A stretch of DNA of 64,000 bases from the human T2T-CHM13v2.0 reference genome, Homo sapiens (GCF_009914755.1 NC_060938.1); one strand, 5' to 3'; positions 25,680 through 42,349 are shown, counted from the stretch's first letter. Made by a program: numbers and translations. Notes: generated by a model not told the origin, from the letters alone.

Positions 25680-27150
25680 CCTCTCTTTCTTAAAATTTTC
25701 TCTCTTGGTTTCCTGACACAGCATTCATTTACAACCTTCCCTCCTCTCAGATTGTTCCTTTCTTTCTCCATCTGGTCTTCACCAGGTTTTGTAGATGGTT
25801 CTCATCCCTTTGGTATTTAACCACATGTCCTCGATTAATACCTCCTGTCTGGTGGCTCCCAAATCTATACCTTCACTCCCAAACCTTTGGCCATGCAGAT
25901 CCCATGTTCCAGTTTCATGAACAGATCTCCATCTCCACTTGCATCTCCAAAGGCATCTCAGAGTCAGCACTCCTATATTCAAGGTGAAAGACTATTTCTC
26001 CTCTTTTCTGGATTCCCTAATGAGGTTAATGGCACCAACATCTTCCAGGAATTCAGGCAAAAACTATTTTAGTCATTGTCATCTCTTTTTCTCTCACATC
26101 CAGGCACTAAGCCCTGTTAATTTGACCTCTGTAATAGCTATAGGGTCCATCTGCTCCAGTACAAACCAGATGGGCACCAACAAGTCTAGAACTGCCCATT
26201 ACCCCCTCATCAAACTGCAGGAATGGGCTCCCAAAAGCTCTCCCTGATTTCAGGCCTTCCTTATTCCATTATTGCCCATACAATCCTGACCATAAGAATT
26301 ACATCAGTTTGTGTTGTTTTTAAAATACAAGTTTCTAGGCCTTGCCTCAGACCTACTATAACAGAGGAACTTGGGAACTTATATTTTTCTAAGTATTCCC
26401 AGATGATTCCTGTAATCAGTACTACCAGATTGACTTAATTTAGAGCCCTTAGGCAAAATTTTTCATGGCCCCCATTGCTGGCAAAATCAAGTCCCAATAC
26501 CTGCTTAACATTTAAGGCCCTCCACAATCTAGTTAACACACATCCTTCCAGTCATCTTCCCCATTGTTACTTATCCATACCTTATGTCCAAAATACACTA
26601 TTTGTCATTTCCAGAACTTCTACATTTCCCACCCCTCCCCCATCGTGGGAAAATTTTTGTACACGTGTATGCTTAGTCTGGACCACCCTATACCAATATC
26701 TCTCTGTATTCAAGTCCCATCCATCTTTCAAAGTTAACTGTCATTATATTTATGACCATTTTTGCCACACCACCATCTGTCGCTGCATTTATTAATGCAT
26801 CTGTGCTACATCTATTGATGCATCTATTGCTGTGGTTGTTATATTGCTATTTCTTTATGTGTATGTCTGCCTCTCCTCTGTGATATGAAGCTCCCTGGGG
26901 AAGACGACTATGCTGCTATCCATCTTTGTATTCTTGGAGGGCTCATAATAAGCAGCACACAGTTGGTGCTCAAAAATATTTGGATGAAGAAGGGAAATAG
27001 AAACAAAATCAGAATCGACTGCTTGGAGCAAATAGGCCTGCCCATTATTCCCTCTACTCGTGTTATATTTTTCAGCTTCCTGGCATGACTCATATCATCA
27101 CCATTGCCTGAATGCCCTCCTTTTTCTCTCCCTTTGCTAGTCAAGTTCTA
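25680..27150 (+). mobile_element. Degraded L2 LINE with a MER5-like fragment at about 26300-26430
   Basis: L2 motifs (cccaaatctat, taatggcaccaacatc, tttaaggccctccacaatct, gtgctcaaaaatatt); boundaries approximate. Confidence 0.6.
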
Positions 27151-27165
27151 CATAGTCTTTGAGAC

Positions 27166-27351
27166 AGGGTCTCACAAAATATGGGCCAGCTGCTACTTGA
27201 ATCAGAAATTCCTGGGTTGTTTGTCAAACTGCAGATTCCCAGGTTTCTCCCAGACATGAATTACAATCTCCGGGAGATGGAGCCTAAGAATCTGCATTTT
27301 TGACCAGGACTCTCAAGCAGTTCTTTTGCATAAAGATGTAGAGACCATCTG
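27166..27351. mobile_element. MER5A-like hAT MITE
   Basis: tgcagattcccagg..ggagcctaagaatctgcatttt..agagaccatctg. Confidence 0.65.
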
Positions 27352-27569
27352 TTTCTAAACCTGGCTCAAACCCCACTCCTCTTAGAAATCCAACAATGTG
27401 GGTCCTTTTTATAGACTTAATGCTGCTGCTTTGTGACCTTGTTTACTTTTGTCTTATGTTTTTATTTCATTTTGTAAGCTATCAAATAATTATAATCTGT
27501 GTGAGTTGTGGAAACAAAATAGTATTATATATAAAATGTCATATAACACATACAGATTAATAACTATGA

Positions 27570-27780
27570 GTATGTCCTAGGATCAACCTGCCACCATTCA
27601 CATCCCTGCTCTAGCACTTACTTACTGGCTACGTGACTTTAGACTATTTAACTCCTCCACACCTCCACTGTTCCGCTAAAGCTTAGAAGCATGTACATCA
27701 TAGGGCTGTTGTGAGGATTGCATGAGATAATTCATAGAAGGTACAAGCAGAGTACCCTTAGAAGTACTAGTTATTATTAC
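27570..27780 (+). mobile_element. MIR SINE
   Basis: cttactggctacgtgact..catagggctgttgtgaggatt..tgagataat. Confidence 0.65.
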
Positions 27781-28494
27781 TGCTGTATGAGTATCACTGT
27801 CCAAAAAGTTCTTTGATTCTAGTTGGGCAAATACAACACAAAACTTAAAAAAAGACTAACCATAAACTCTTTAGGGTTCTTTTTCTTTTCCCTCTGTTTC
27901 CCTCATAGTACAGAGTTGCCTTGTACATGAAATAGTGAACAAAAAGTATTAGACACATAGGAAGGAGCCCCAAATTTAGAAAGATCCAATACTGAACCAT
28001 CATACAAAACTCTAATATTCAAGGCCTTACTCCTAGAAGCACAGTTTACCCTAAGTTTCTAGATCTAAATCATATGAAACAATCACTATCTAACCTACAA
28101 CAAAGGTCAAGAACTGAGACTCTATCTTTGGAGATTCTACCAGCCAATCTCATAGTAGGTCGTGTCACTGTCTGTATAGAAGAGTAGTAACTTCTCAGCT
28201 TGCGATTTCCATACTAACGTATTTTGACCAATGCATGTTTTCAGAGGTCTAGACCCTATCCCTCTCCCCATTCATTGCCTTCTTTTTCTCTCATCATCTT
28301 TCCTATTATTCTACTGCAGAGAATGTTCCAAGAGATATGTTCTCTTAAAGATTTGAGTGACTTCTTTATGACCTTTTATGAAACAGTTTAGTGGGGTTTA
28401 CCTCTTCCCAATACAGTTTTTGGTCTTCTTATGGAAAGATGAAAGAAAGTAAATTTCATCACACTCTTCAATTCAGAATATTATTTCTTCATTA

Positions 28495-28620
28495 ATTTCA
28501 GCATTTATTTTAGATACAGAGGGGCACATGTGTAGGATTGTTTCATGGGTGTATTGAACCCAGAAAATAAGCATAGTACCCAATAGGTAGCTTTTCAACT
28601 CAATGCCTCCTGCTTCTCCC
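28495..28620 (-). mobile_element. Short 3' end of an old primate L1 (L1PA15-17-like)
   Basis: ttattttagatacagagggg.acatgtg..agcatagtacccaataggtag.ttttcaac. Confidence 0.7.
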
Positions 28621-28983
28621 CTTAATTGGGACTTAAGCCTCCATAACTTCCTATAATCATTTGTCATGGTTCTTTTTTCATCTAAAACATGATTTCTGCT
28701 TTCAGTTTCTTTGTTTAGCCATTGCTTTAGATCACAGCTTATGCACTGACAACAATTTTACAGGGACCAGGGCTTGTGTATAACACTGAAAAATGCTCCT
28801 CCCTACAAGGCTCTATATTTTAATTTTTTTAATTAAATAAATGAAAAATAAAGTAACAGGCAACCAAAAACTAAGATGATAGGATTGTCTTGTAATTCAT
28901 TTCCAAAGGCTATATATTTGCTTTTCATTTATCTAAACAGCAAATGTTCTTTTCAGTGAGCTATGTTTTAAATCTTTCTATCC

Positions 28984-30924
<1,941 letters not shown>

Positions 30925-33548
30925 TGGTCCAATTTTTTTTTTCTTTTTCAACTTTTATTTTAGATTCATGGAGTACATGTGCAGGTTTGGTATCTGGGTA
31001 TACTGCCTGGCCCTAGGCTTTGAGGTATGAATGATCTCGTCACTCAGGTACTGAGCATAATACCCAACAGTTATTTTTACAACCCTTGCCCCCCTCCCTC
31101 TTTCCCCCTTCTAATAGTTCCTAATGTCTATTGTTCCCTTCTTTATGTTCATGAGTACATGATGTTTAGCTCCCACTTATAAATGAGTACCTGGAGTATT
31201 TGGCTTTCTGTTCCTGCATTAATTCCTCCAGTTGCATCCTTGTTGCTGCAAAAGACATGATTTCATTCTTTTTTATGACTGCATAGGATTCCATGGTGGA
31301 TAGGTACCACAGTTTCTTTATCCAATCCACTGTTCTTGGGCTCCTTGGTTGATTACGTGTCTTTGCTATTGTGAATAGTACTGCAATAAACATGCACACA
31401 TGTGTGTCTTTTTGATATAATTATGTGTTTTCTTTTGGAAATCTACCCAGTATTGGGGTTGCTAGCTTAAACAAGAGTTCTGTTTTTAGTTCTTTGAGAA
31501 ATCTCCAAACTGCTTTCCACAGTGGCTGAACTAAATTACATTCTCACCAACAGTGCATAAGCACTCCCTTTTCTCTGCAGCCTCACCAGCATCTGTTGCT
31601 TTTTGACTTTTTAATAATAGCCATTCTGACTGGTGTGAGATGGTATCTTATTACAGTTTTGATTTGCATTTCACTGATGATTACTGATGATGAGCATTTT
31701 TTCATATGTTTGTTGGCCACTCGTATGTTTTCTTTTGAGAAGTGTCTATTCAGGTTATTTGTTTTTTGCTTAATTGTTTACATTCCTTATAGAGTCTGGG
31801 TATTAAACCTTTGTCAGACACAAATATTGTGAATGTTTTCTCTCATTCTGTGGGTTATCTATTTACTCTATTGATAGTTTCTTTTGCTGTGCAAAAGTTT
31901 AGTTTAATTAGGTCCCACTTGTCAAGTTTTGTTTTTGTTGTAATTGCTTTTGAGGACTTAGTCATAAATTCTTTCTCAAAGGTCATGTCCAGAATGGTGT
32001 TTCCAAGGTTTTCTTCTAGGATTTTTATAACTTGAGGTCTTACATTTAAATCTTTAATCCATCTTAAGTTGACTTTAGTATATGGTGAAACATAAGAGTC
32101 CAGTTTCAGTCTTCTGCATATAGCTAGCCAGCAATCCCAACACTATTCATTGAATAGGGAGTCCTTTCCTCATTGCTTATGTTTGTCAACTGTGTCAAGG
32201 ATTAGAGGATTATAGGTATGAGGCTTTATTTCTGGGTCCTCCATTCTGTTTCATGGGCCTTTGTGTCTGTTTCTGTACCAGTACCATCCTGTTTTGATTA
32301 CTGTGTACTTACAGTAGAGTTTGAAGTTGGGTAATGTGATGCCTACAGCTTTATTCTTTTTGCTTTGAATTTCTTTGGCTATTTGGGCTCTTTAAGGTTT
32401 ATGTAAATATTATAATAGTTTTTTTCCAATTCTGTGAAAAATGACATTGGTAGTTTGATAGGAATAGCACTGAATCTGTAGATTGCTTTGGGCAGCATGG
32501 CTATTTTAATGATATTGATTCTTCCAATCCATGAGTATGTAATGTTTTTCCATTTGCTTGTGTCATCTATGATTTCTTTTAGCAATGTTTTCTAGTTCTC
32601 CTTGTAGAGATCTTTCACTTCCTTGGTTAGATGTAGTCCTAGGTATTTTTGTGTGTGTGGCTTTTGTAAATGGGATTGCTTTCCTGATTTGTCTCTCAGC
32701 TTGAATATCATTGGTATATACACATGCTACTGATTTTCATACATTGGTTTTGTATCCTGAAACTTTGCTGAAGTGGTTTATCAGTTGCAGGAGTCTTTTA
32801 GTGGAGTCTTTAGGGTTTTCAAAGTATAGAATTACATCATCCACAAAAAGAGATAGTTTGACTTCTTTTCCTATTTGGATGCTTTTTATTTCTTTCTCTT
32901 GCCTGATTGTTCTGACTAGCCCTTTCATTACTATGTTAAATAGGAGTAGTAAGAATGGGTATCCTTGTTTTCTTCCAGTTCTCAAGGGGAATGCTTCGAG
33001 TTTTTGCCTACTCAGTATGATGCTGGCTGTAGATTTGTCAAACATGGCTCTCATTACTTTGAGGTATGTTCCTTCTAAGCCTAGTTTGTTGAAGGTTTTT
33101 ATCATGAAAGAATGTTAGATTTTACCAATAATTTTTCCATGTCTATTGAGATGATCACATGGTTTTTGTTTTTAATTCTGCTTATGTGCTGAATCACATT
33201 TATTGATTTGCATATGTTGAACCAGACTTGCACCCCAGAAATGAAGCCTACTTGTTGATGATGAATTAACTTTTTGATGTGCTGTTGAAAACAGTTTGCC
33301 AGTGTTTTGTTGAGAAATTTTGTATCTATGTTTGTCAGTGATATCGGCTTGTAGTTTTCTTTTTTAGTGTGTCTTTGCCAGGCTTTGGTATCAGGGTGAT
33401 GCTGGCTTTACAGAATGGGTTAGAGAGGAGGCTCTCTTCCTCAATTTTTTGAAATAGTTTCAGTAGAATTAGTACCAGCTTTTCTTTGTATGTGTGGTAA
33501 AATTCACCTGTAAATCTATCTGGTCTGGGGCTTTTTTTGATTGGTAGG

Positions 33549-35527
33549 ACGGTGAGTCAATTAAACCTCCTTCCTTCATAAATTACCCAGTCTCAGGTAT
33601 TTCTTCATAGCAGTGTGAGAAGAGACTAATACAGTAGTCTGTAGAGAGTACTGCAGAGAGTAGGGTGCTGCTATAAAGATACCTGAAAATGTGGAAGCGA
33701 CTTTGGAACTGGGTAACAGGCAGAGATTGAAACAGTTTGGTGGGCTCAGAAGACAGGAAGATATGGGAAAGTTTGGAACTCCTAGAGACTTGTTGAATGA
33801 CTTTGACCAAAATGCTGATAGTGATATGGACAATTAAGTCCAGGCTGAGGTGGTCTCAGACGGAGAAGAGGAACTTGCTGGGAATTGGAGTAACGGTGAT
33901 TCTTGCTATGCTTTAGCAAAGAAACTGGTGGCGTTTTTGCCCCTGCCCTAGAGATCTGTGGAACTTCCTACTTGAGAAAGATGGTTTAGGGTATCTGGTG
34001 GAAGAAATTTCTGACCAGCAAAGCATTCAAGAGGAAGCAGAGCACAAAAGATTGGAAAATTTGCAGCCTGATGATGCAATAGAAAAGAAAAACACATTTT
34101 CTGGGGAGAAATTCAAGCCAGCTGCAGAACAAGGAGCCAAATGTTAATCACCAAGACAATGGGGAGAATATCTCCAGGTCTTGTCAGAGACCTTCAGAGC
34201 AGCCCCTCCCAACACAGGCCCAGAGGCCTAGGAGGGAAAACTCATTTTGTGGGCCAGGCCCAGGGCCTCCCTGGTCTATACAGCCTCAGGACATGGTGCC
34301 CTGCATCCCAGCTGATTCAGCTCCAGCCCTGGCTAAAAGGGGCCAATGTACAGGTCAGGTCATTGCTTCAGAGGGTGCAAGTTCCAAGCCTTGGTGGCTT
34401 TCATGTAATATTAGGCTTGTGGGTGCACAGAAGTCAAGAATTCAGGTTTGGGAACCTCTGCCTACATTTCAGAGGATGTATAGAAATACTCTGGATGACC
34501 AGGCAGAAGTGTACTGCAGGGGAGGAGCCCTCATGGAGAACCTATGCTAGTGCAGAAGGGAAATGTAGGATTGAAGCTCCCACAGGGGCATTGCCTAGTG
34601 GAGCTATGAGAAAATGGCCACCATCCTCCACACCCCAGAATGTTAAGTCCACTGACAGCCTGTACCGTGCACCTGGAAAAGCCACAGGCACTCAATACCA
34701 GCCCATGAAAGCATCCTGGAGGGGGTTGTACCCTGCAAAACCACAGGGGCAGAGCTGCCCAAAGTCATGGGAGCCCACCTCTTGCATCAGTTTGTCCTGG
34801 ATGTGATACATGGAGTCAAAGGAAATTATTTTGGAGCTTTAATTACTGCCTCATTGGATTTTGGACTTGCCTGGGGCCTGTAGCCCCTTTCTTTTGGCCA
34901 GTTTCTCCCATTTGGAATGAGTGTATTTACCAAATGCCTGTACCTCCATTGTATCTAGGAAGTAACTAACTTGTTTTTTATTTTACAGGCTCATAGGTGG
35001 AAGGGACTTGCCTTGTCTCAGGTGAGACTTTGGACTTGGACTTTTGGGCTAATGCTGGAATGAGTTAAGACTTTGTGGGATGATGGAAAGGCATGACTGT
35101 GTTTCAAAATGTGAGGACATGAGATTTGGGAGGGGTCGGGGTGGAATGATATAGTTTGGCTGTGTCCCCACCCAAATCTCAGCTTGAATTGTAGTTGCCA
35201 TAATCCTCACATGTCATAGGAGGGACCAGGGGGGAGGTAATTGAATCGTGGAGGCAGTTACCCCAGTGCTTCTGTTCTCATGATACTGAGTGAGTTCTAA
35301 CAAAATCTGATGGTTTTTAAAGGGACTTCCCCCTTCATTTGGCACTCATTCTTCTCTCTTCTGCCACCATGTGAAGAAAGCTGTGTGTTCTTCCCTTTCC
35401 ACCATGATTGTAAGTTTCCTGAGGCCTCCCTAGTCATGTGGAACTGTGAGTCAATTAAACCTCCTTCCTTTATAAATTACCCATTCTTGGGTATTTCTTC
35501 ATAGCAGCATGACAATCAACTGATACA
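33549..35527 (+). mobile_element. THE1C/D MaLR provirus: truncated 5' LTR (33549-33633), internal region, full 3' LTR (35147-35527)
   Basis: THE1-int sequence (gaaaatgtggaagcgactttggaactgggtaac), polypurine tract before 35147, LTR tgatatagtttggctgtgtccccacccaaatctc...taca; TSD gtagg at 33544-33548 and 35528-35532. Confidence 0.93.
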
Positions 35528-36905
35528 GTAGGCTTTTAAATTACTGATTCCATTTTGGAACTTGATATTGGTCTGTTTAGTGTCTCAATTTTTTACTGAT
35601 TCAATCTTAGGAGATTATGTATTTCCAGGAATTTATTCATTTTTTCTAGATTTTCTAATTTGTATACATAGAGATGTTCATAATAGTCTCTCAGGATCTT
35701 TTGTATTTCTGTGAGATCAGTTCTGATGTCACCTTTGTTGTTTCTGGTTGTGTTAATTTGGATCTTCTTTTTCTCTTTCTTAATTTAGCTAGCAGTCTAT
35801 CGATCATGTTTATCCTTTCAAAGAGCTTTTATTTCACTGATTTTTAATATGAATTTTTGGGTCTCAATTTTATTGAAGTCCAGTCTGATTTTACTTATTT
35901 CTTTTCTCCTGCTATCTTTGCAGTTGGTTTGTTCTTGGTTTTTTAATTCCTCTAGACGTGATGTTACAACAAAAATTTGAGACCTTTCTAACTTTTCGAG
36001 GTAGGAATTTAGCCCTATAAACTTTCCTCTGAACACTGCTTTTGCTGCATCCAGGAGATTTTGATATGTTTTGTCTCTGTTTTTATTTATTTCAAAGAAT
36101 TTTTTTATTTCTACCTTGATTCCATTGTTTACTCAAAAGTCATTCAGAAGCAAGTTGTTTAATTTCCACATAACTGTGTAGTTTTGAGAGATCTTTTTGG
36201 TATTGATTTCTATTTTCATTCCACTGTGGTTCAAGAGTAGGGGTGGTATGATTTTGATTTTTTTTTTAATTTATTGAGACTTACTTTATGACTAAGCATG
36301 CAGTCAATCTTGGAGTACGTTCCATTTGCAGATGAGAAAAATGTATATTCTGTGATAGATAAGTGGAGTATTCTGTAGATGTCTATAAGGTCCAATTTAT
36401 AAAGTGTCAAATTTAAGTCCAGAATTTCCATATTAGTTTTCTGCCTCAATGATCTGACTAATACTGTCAGAGGGGTGTTGAAGTTTCCCACTATTACTGT
36501 ATGGTTCTCTAAGACTTTTCATAGGTATAGAATTACTTGTTTTATGAATTTCACTGCTCCAATGTTGGCTGCATACATATTTAGGATAGCTATGTTTTCT
36601 TATTGAATTGAATCCTTTATCATTATATAATGCCCTTCTTTGTCCACTTTGACTTTTTTGGTTTAAAGTCTGTTTCATCTGATATAATATTTGCGACCTC
36701 TGCTTTTTGTTGTTGTTCTTTTCTGTTTGCATGATAGATCTTTCTTCAACCTTTCGTTTTGAGCCTATGGGTTTCATTACAAGTGAGTTGGGTCTCTTGA
36801 AGACAGCACACAGATGAGTCTTATTTTTTAATCCAATTTGCCCCTCTGCCTTTTAAGCGGGGTATTTAGACCACTTACATTTAAGGTTAATATTGATACA
36901 CAAAA

Positions 36906-37250
<345 letters not shown>

Positions 37251-38879
37251 TGAAGTTGTTAGCTGTTTGCCTTGTACTTTCTATTGTGTTTTGTTTTATA
37301 GCCTGCAGGATATCTGCTCTAGTGTGTTTTTGCGATAGCAGGTATTGTTCTATTGTTTCCATGTTTAGAACTCCTTTAAGGGTCTCTTTTAAGGCCAGTC
37401 TAGTGGTAATGAATTCTTTTAGCACTTGTTTGTCTGGAAAAGTTTATTTCTCCTTCATTTTTGAAGCTTAGTTTGGTGGGATATGGAATTCTTGGTTGAA
37501 ATTCTCTTTTAAGAATGCTGAAAATAGGCCCCCGATATCTCCAGGCTTGTTAAGGTTTCTGCCAAGAAGTCCACTGTCAGCCTTATCAGGTTCCCTTTGT
37601 GTGTCATTTTCCCTTCTTCTCTAGCTACCTATGAGACTTTTTCTTTAGCATTGACCTTGGAAGTCTGGTGATATATGCCTTGGTGATGTTCACTTTGTAT
37701 AGTATCTCACAGGTATTCTCCAGGTTTCTTTTATCTGGATGTCTACCTCTCTAGCAAGATTAGAGTAGTATTCTTAAATTAGTTCCTCCAGCATATTTTC
37801 CAGTTTGTTTGCTTTTTCCTTTTTTTTTTTTTTCCTTTTCTCTGAGGAATGCCAGTAATTCTTAGATTTGGTTGCTTTACATAATCCTATATTTCTCAAA
37901 AATTTTGCTCATTTTTAAAAATTCTTTTTTCTCAATTTTTGTCAGATTGGATTCATTTAAAAGACTGGTCTTCAAGCTCAGAAGTCCTTTCTTCTGTTTA
38001 GTCCAGTCTAATGATAAACCTTTTAATTGTATTTTGAAATTTCTTAAGTGAGTTTTTCAATTCCAAAAGCTCTATCGATTTCAAGATGTTTATCTCTTCC
38101 TTTATTTCCTGGATTGCTTTAGAAATTTCTTTGTGAATGTTCAACCTTGTCTTAGAACTCAGTGAACTTCCTTTAAATTCATGCTTTGAATTATTTATCT
38201 GTCATTTCTGAGTTTCCATTTTGGTTAAGGACTACTTCTGAAGAACTAATGCAGTCCTTTGGTAGTATCACTTCATTCAGATTTTTCATAATGCCAGAAT
38301 TGTTGTGCTGTTCCCTTCTCATCTACAGACTCTGGCACTTCTAATTGTTGTAATTATTTTCATGTGGGTAGGATTTTTTCTTTTTCTTTCTTTCTCTATA
38401 ATGTCTTCTTTTTTCTTTCCCTTTCCTTTTTCCCCCCTCCCTAGGGAGAGTGTGACTGTAGAGAATGCTGGATAGGATCTTTTGGCTTTGCTTCTATAGC
38501 CCTATGCACTTCTTTCAGCAGGTTTTATATCGGGCTGCACAGTTTTCCCTACAAGCCCGTAGATGGCACTTATAGGTAAGAGCCAGCTGCAGTCAACATT
38601 CCTGGGTATATACCTGATCCTCGTTTACTGGCAGAAGCTATCTATTGCCTCAGGCATGGGCTGATTCATGAAATTCACAGTAGTCTGAGCTCCCTACTCA
38701 CTCCTGGAGCAGGGTAGGTTGGTGGGGGCAGGGCATGAAGGGCAGGGCCAGACCAGCTAGGTCTGCCTGAAAGTCCTCTTATGGCAAACGCAGGCACCAG
38801 TTACAAGGGGCAGTCCAATGGTTGGCCACCAAGCACCCAGAGGTGTCCCTAGGTGTGGAACTGGGAAACCTCTTTGGCT

Positions 38880-39340
38880 ACAAATTCTCTGCATGGGGAA
38901 GTGGGGCAGCCTAACCTCCTAATATAGGCGAGTGGGTGCTCTCGATGCCTGGAAATCTGCCTGTGCATGGAGAGGGTCCCCCTGCACCAGGATCTCTGCA
39001 GAGGAAGGGTGGGGTGGCTCAGGCTGCTGAAGTAGGCAATTAGGTACTCAGAATGCCTGGATATCTTCCTGGGCAGGGAGCAAAAAGAGCCCCACTGCAC
39101 CAAGATCTATGTCTGGGAAGGTTGAAGCAGCTCAGGCTGCTAAACTAGGTGAATGCATGCTCCTAATACCTGGAGAACTGCCTGAGTATGGAGCAGAGAG
39201 AGTATTGCTGCACCACAATATACGTCCAGGAAAGGTAGAGTGGCTCAGGCTGCTGGTACAGGCAAGTAGTTTCTCCAAATGCCTGGATTTCTGCTTGAGA
39301 GGAAAGCACAGAGGGCCCTGCTACACCTCGATCTCAGGGG
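38880..39340 (-). repeat. Array of about four 108-113-bp tandem units in the L1 5' UTR
   Basis: ctcaggctgct at 39018, 39131, 39244; t(g/a)cctgg at 38946, 39054, 39167, 39280. Confidence 0.85.
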
Positions 39341-40041
39341 ATCACAGTGGGGCACCAACCAATGACACATGCAGGCTATTTCCAGGGCTCCAAGCTGGCT
39401 CTGGCTGCAAGTTTTGCCAACCACAAGAAACTATAGCTGTAGCAGTTCTCCTCCCACCCCAGGCTTGCAACTGGGCAGAGCACAATTCCAGCACCTCCTG
39501 CTGAAGTGCTTTCCACAGTTCTGGCTGTAAAGGCCCCTACCCCACTCCAGAGCAGCCACTCCAATACCTAGTCCAAAACTAAAATGCCTAAGCAGCACGC
39601 TGCTGTGTTGCTGAAGGATGGCTAACTTTGTATGTGCCTGGATTAAAAATAGCATCCTGCTCTCAGTCCCAAGTCTGGGAAAATGTCTGCAGCTTTTCCC
39701 AGTGTCTTTTCCTCACAGTGTCTCCAAGCCTCTCTCCAAGTTAACTCTAGGGCTTAGAGAAACAAATGTACTCTCCCTATACCTGGGTTGCTCAAAGCCC
39801 CAGTGAAAAAGGGAGTCACAGAGGGAGGCTCTCTCCCTCTCTCACCCATTGGGTCTTCACTCACTTTTATCAGCCAGACGCCATCATGGGGCTGTTTGCT
39901 GGTATTCTCCTCTCCAGATTCTGGGGTGTGCTTCACAGTTCCGTAGATACCCATTTTCCTTCTTGAATTAAATCTCATAGATTTTATCTTTATGTACTAT
40001 CATGCTATTTCTAAGTGGCTGAAGCATACTAAAAGCCTCTA

Positions 40042-40328
<287 letters not shown>

Positions 40329-40359
40329 GGCTTTAATCTGCCATCTTGGAAAAAAGCTT

Positions 40360-41680
40360 TTTTTTTCTTTTTACTATTGTTAATGGAATTGTTTTCTCAA
40401 TTTCATTTTTGAGTTGTTCATTGCTAGTGATTGTATAGAAATACAACTCATTTGTGCATATTGTCTTATATCCTGTAAACTTGTTGAACACTTTATTAGT
40501 CTGAAATTTTTTGTGTATGCATTCCTAAGGATTTTCTAAAAGGAAGATTGTGTCATCTATGTCATCTATGAATAGAGATAGTTTTACTTCTCCCTTTTCA
40601 ATCTTGATGTCTTTTATTTATTTTACTTACCTAGTTGTCCTGACAAGAACTTCCAGAACAATGTGGCATCAAAGTGATGAGTGGAGATCCTTCAGTTGTT
40701 CCTGATCTTAGGAGGAAATCTCTCAGTCTTTCACCATTAATAATGATATTATCTGTGGGTTTTTCATAGATTCCCTTTATAAGGCTGAGATTATTTCCTT
40801 CTATTCCTAGATTTAACAGTGTTTTTAACCATAAAAAGGTGTTGAATTTTTCAAATGTGTTTTCTGTATCTACTGAGATATAGAGTGGGTTTTGTCCTTT
40901 ATTCTATTAATATACATGACATTGATTGAGTTTTATATGTTGAACAGCCTTGCAGTCCTTGGATAAATCCCATTTGGTCCTGGTATGTTATCCTTTCTGT
41001 GTGTTGTTGGCTTTCATTTGCTAGTATTTTGTTGAGGATTTTTACATCTATACTCATAAAAGATATTGATTGGTGGTTTCTTTTCTTGTCATGTCTTTGT
41101 CTCATTTTGATATCAGGGTAACACTGGCCTCATAGAATGGGTTGAGAAGTAATCCTCTTCTATTATTTTGAAGAGTTTGGGAAAGACAGGTATTAATTTT
41201 TTTAACATTTGTAGACATCACCATTGAAAACTTACTGAGATATGTTTTATGGCCAAACATATGATCTGTCCTGGAAATTTTTCTTGTACACTTGGGAAGA
41301 ATTTCTATTCTGCTGTTTTGGGGGTAGAGTGTCCTATATATGTCTTTCGGGTCTAGTTGGTTTATAGTCTTGTTCAAATTTTCCTAAGGGACAATTTCTA
41401 TTGACTTCTTTTTCCTTGTATATGGGCCACAGTTTCCTATTTCTTGTGTGTCTCATAATTTTTTGTTGAAAACTGGACATTTTAAATAATATAATGTGGC
41501 AGTTCTGGAAATAAGATTCACCCCCTCCCTGTGGTATTTTAGTTTTGCTGTTTGGTGCTGTTTGTTGTTGTTGCTATTGCTGTTTGTTTAGTGACTTTCT
41601 TGACCTAATTGTGTAAAGTCTGTATTCTTTATCATGTGCAGCCATGAGGTCCCTGCATGTTTAGCTTAGTGGTCAGCTAA
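40360..41680 (-). mobile_element. L1MB-type LINE, upstream continuation with internal deletions
   Basis: ctattgttaatggaattgttttc..tatagaaatacaac resumes the sequence broken at about 30920; ORF2-like antisense peptides 40899-41377. Confidence 0.8.
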
Positions 41681-41696
41681 TGATTGAAAAGAAATT

Positions 41697-41840
41697 TCCC
41701 TCTTCCACCACAGGAGGACACAGTGAGAAAGCACCATCTATGAACAAGGAAGCAGGCCCTAACCAGACAGATGCTGAATCAATCTGTTGGTATCTTGATG
41801 TTAGACTTCCCAGCCTCCAGAACTGTGAGAAGAAATATTG
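41697..41840 (+). mobile_element. MaLR LTR fragment (MLT1A/B or MSTD-like)
   Basis: gaggacacagtgagaa..ccatctatgaa..gacttcccagcctccagaactgtgaga. Confidence 0.75.
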
Positions 41841-42304
41841 GTCAACTCATTTTAGAGGAAACTTAGTAATATAAGCATCAGTGATATAAAAGGGAATATA
41901 GTGGGATCTGGCAAGATGGCCGAATAGGAACAGCTGTGGTCAGCAGCTCCCAGTGAGACCAACGCAGAAGGCGGGTGATTTCTGCATTTCCAACTGAGGT
42001 ACCCTGTTTATCTCATTGGGACTGACTTGGCAGTGGGTGCAGCCCATGGAGGGCAAGCAGAGCAGGGTGGGGTGTCCCCTCACCCAGGAAGTGCAAGGAG
42101 CCGGGTGGGGGGGCCTCCCTTTCCCAGCCAAGGGAAGCCATGAGGGACTGTGCTATCCAGCCCAGATACTATGCTTCTCCCAAAGTTTTTGCAACCCACA
42201 GACCAGGAGATTCCCTCGTGGTGGTGCCTATACCACCAGGGCCCTGGGTTTCAAGCCCAAAACTGGGCAGCTGTTCAGACAGACACCAAGCTAGCCACAG
42301 GAAT

Positions 42305-42349
42305 GTTTTGGTTTTTTTTGTTTTGTTTTGTTTTTTGTTTTTTGTTTTT
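42305..42349. repeat. (GTTTT)n-like simple repeat within the L1 5' UTR
   Basis: direct reading. Confidence 0.85.

Noticed and set aside
34141-34806. 221-aa ORF
   Set aside because: Lies inside the decayed THE1 internal region; no recognisable domain
38880-39340. CRISPR-like array
   Set aside because: Whole units are homologous with no unique spacers; eukaryotic L1 5' UTR context
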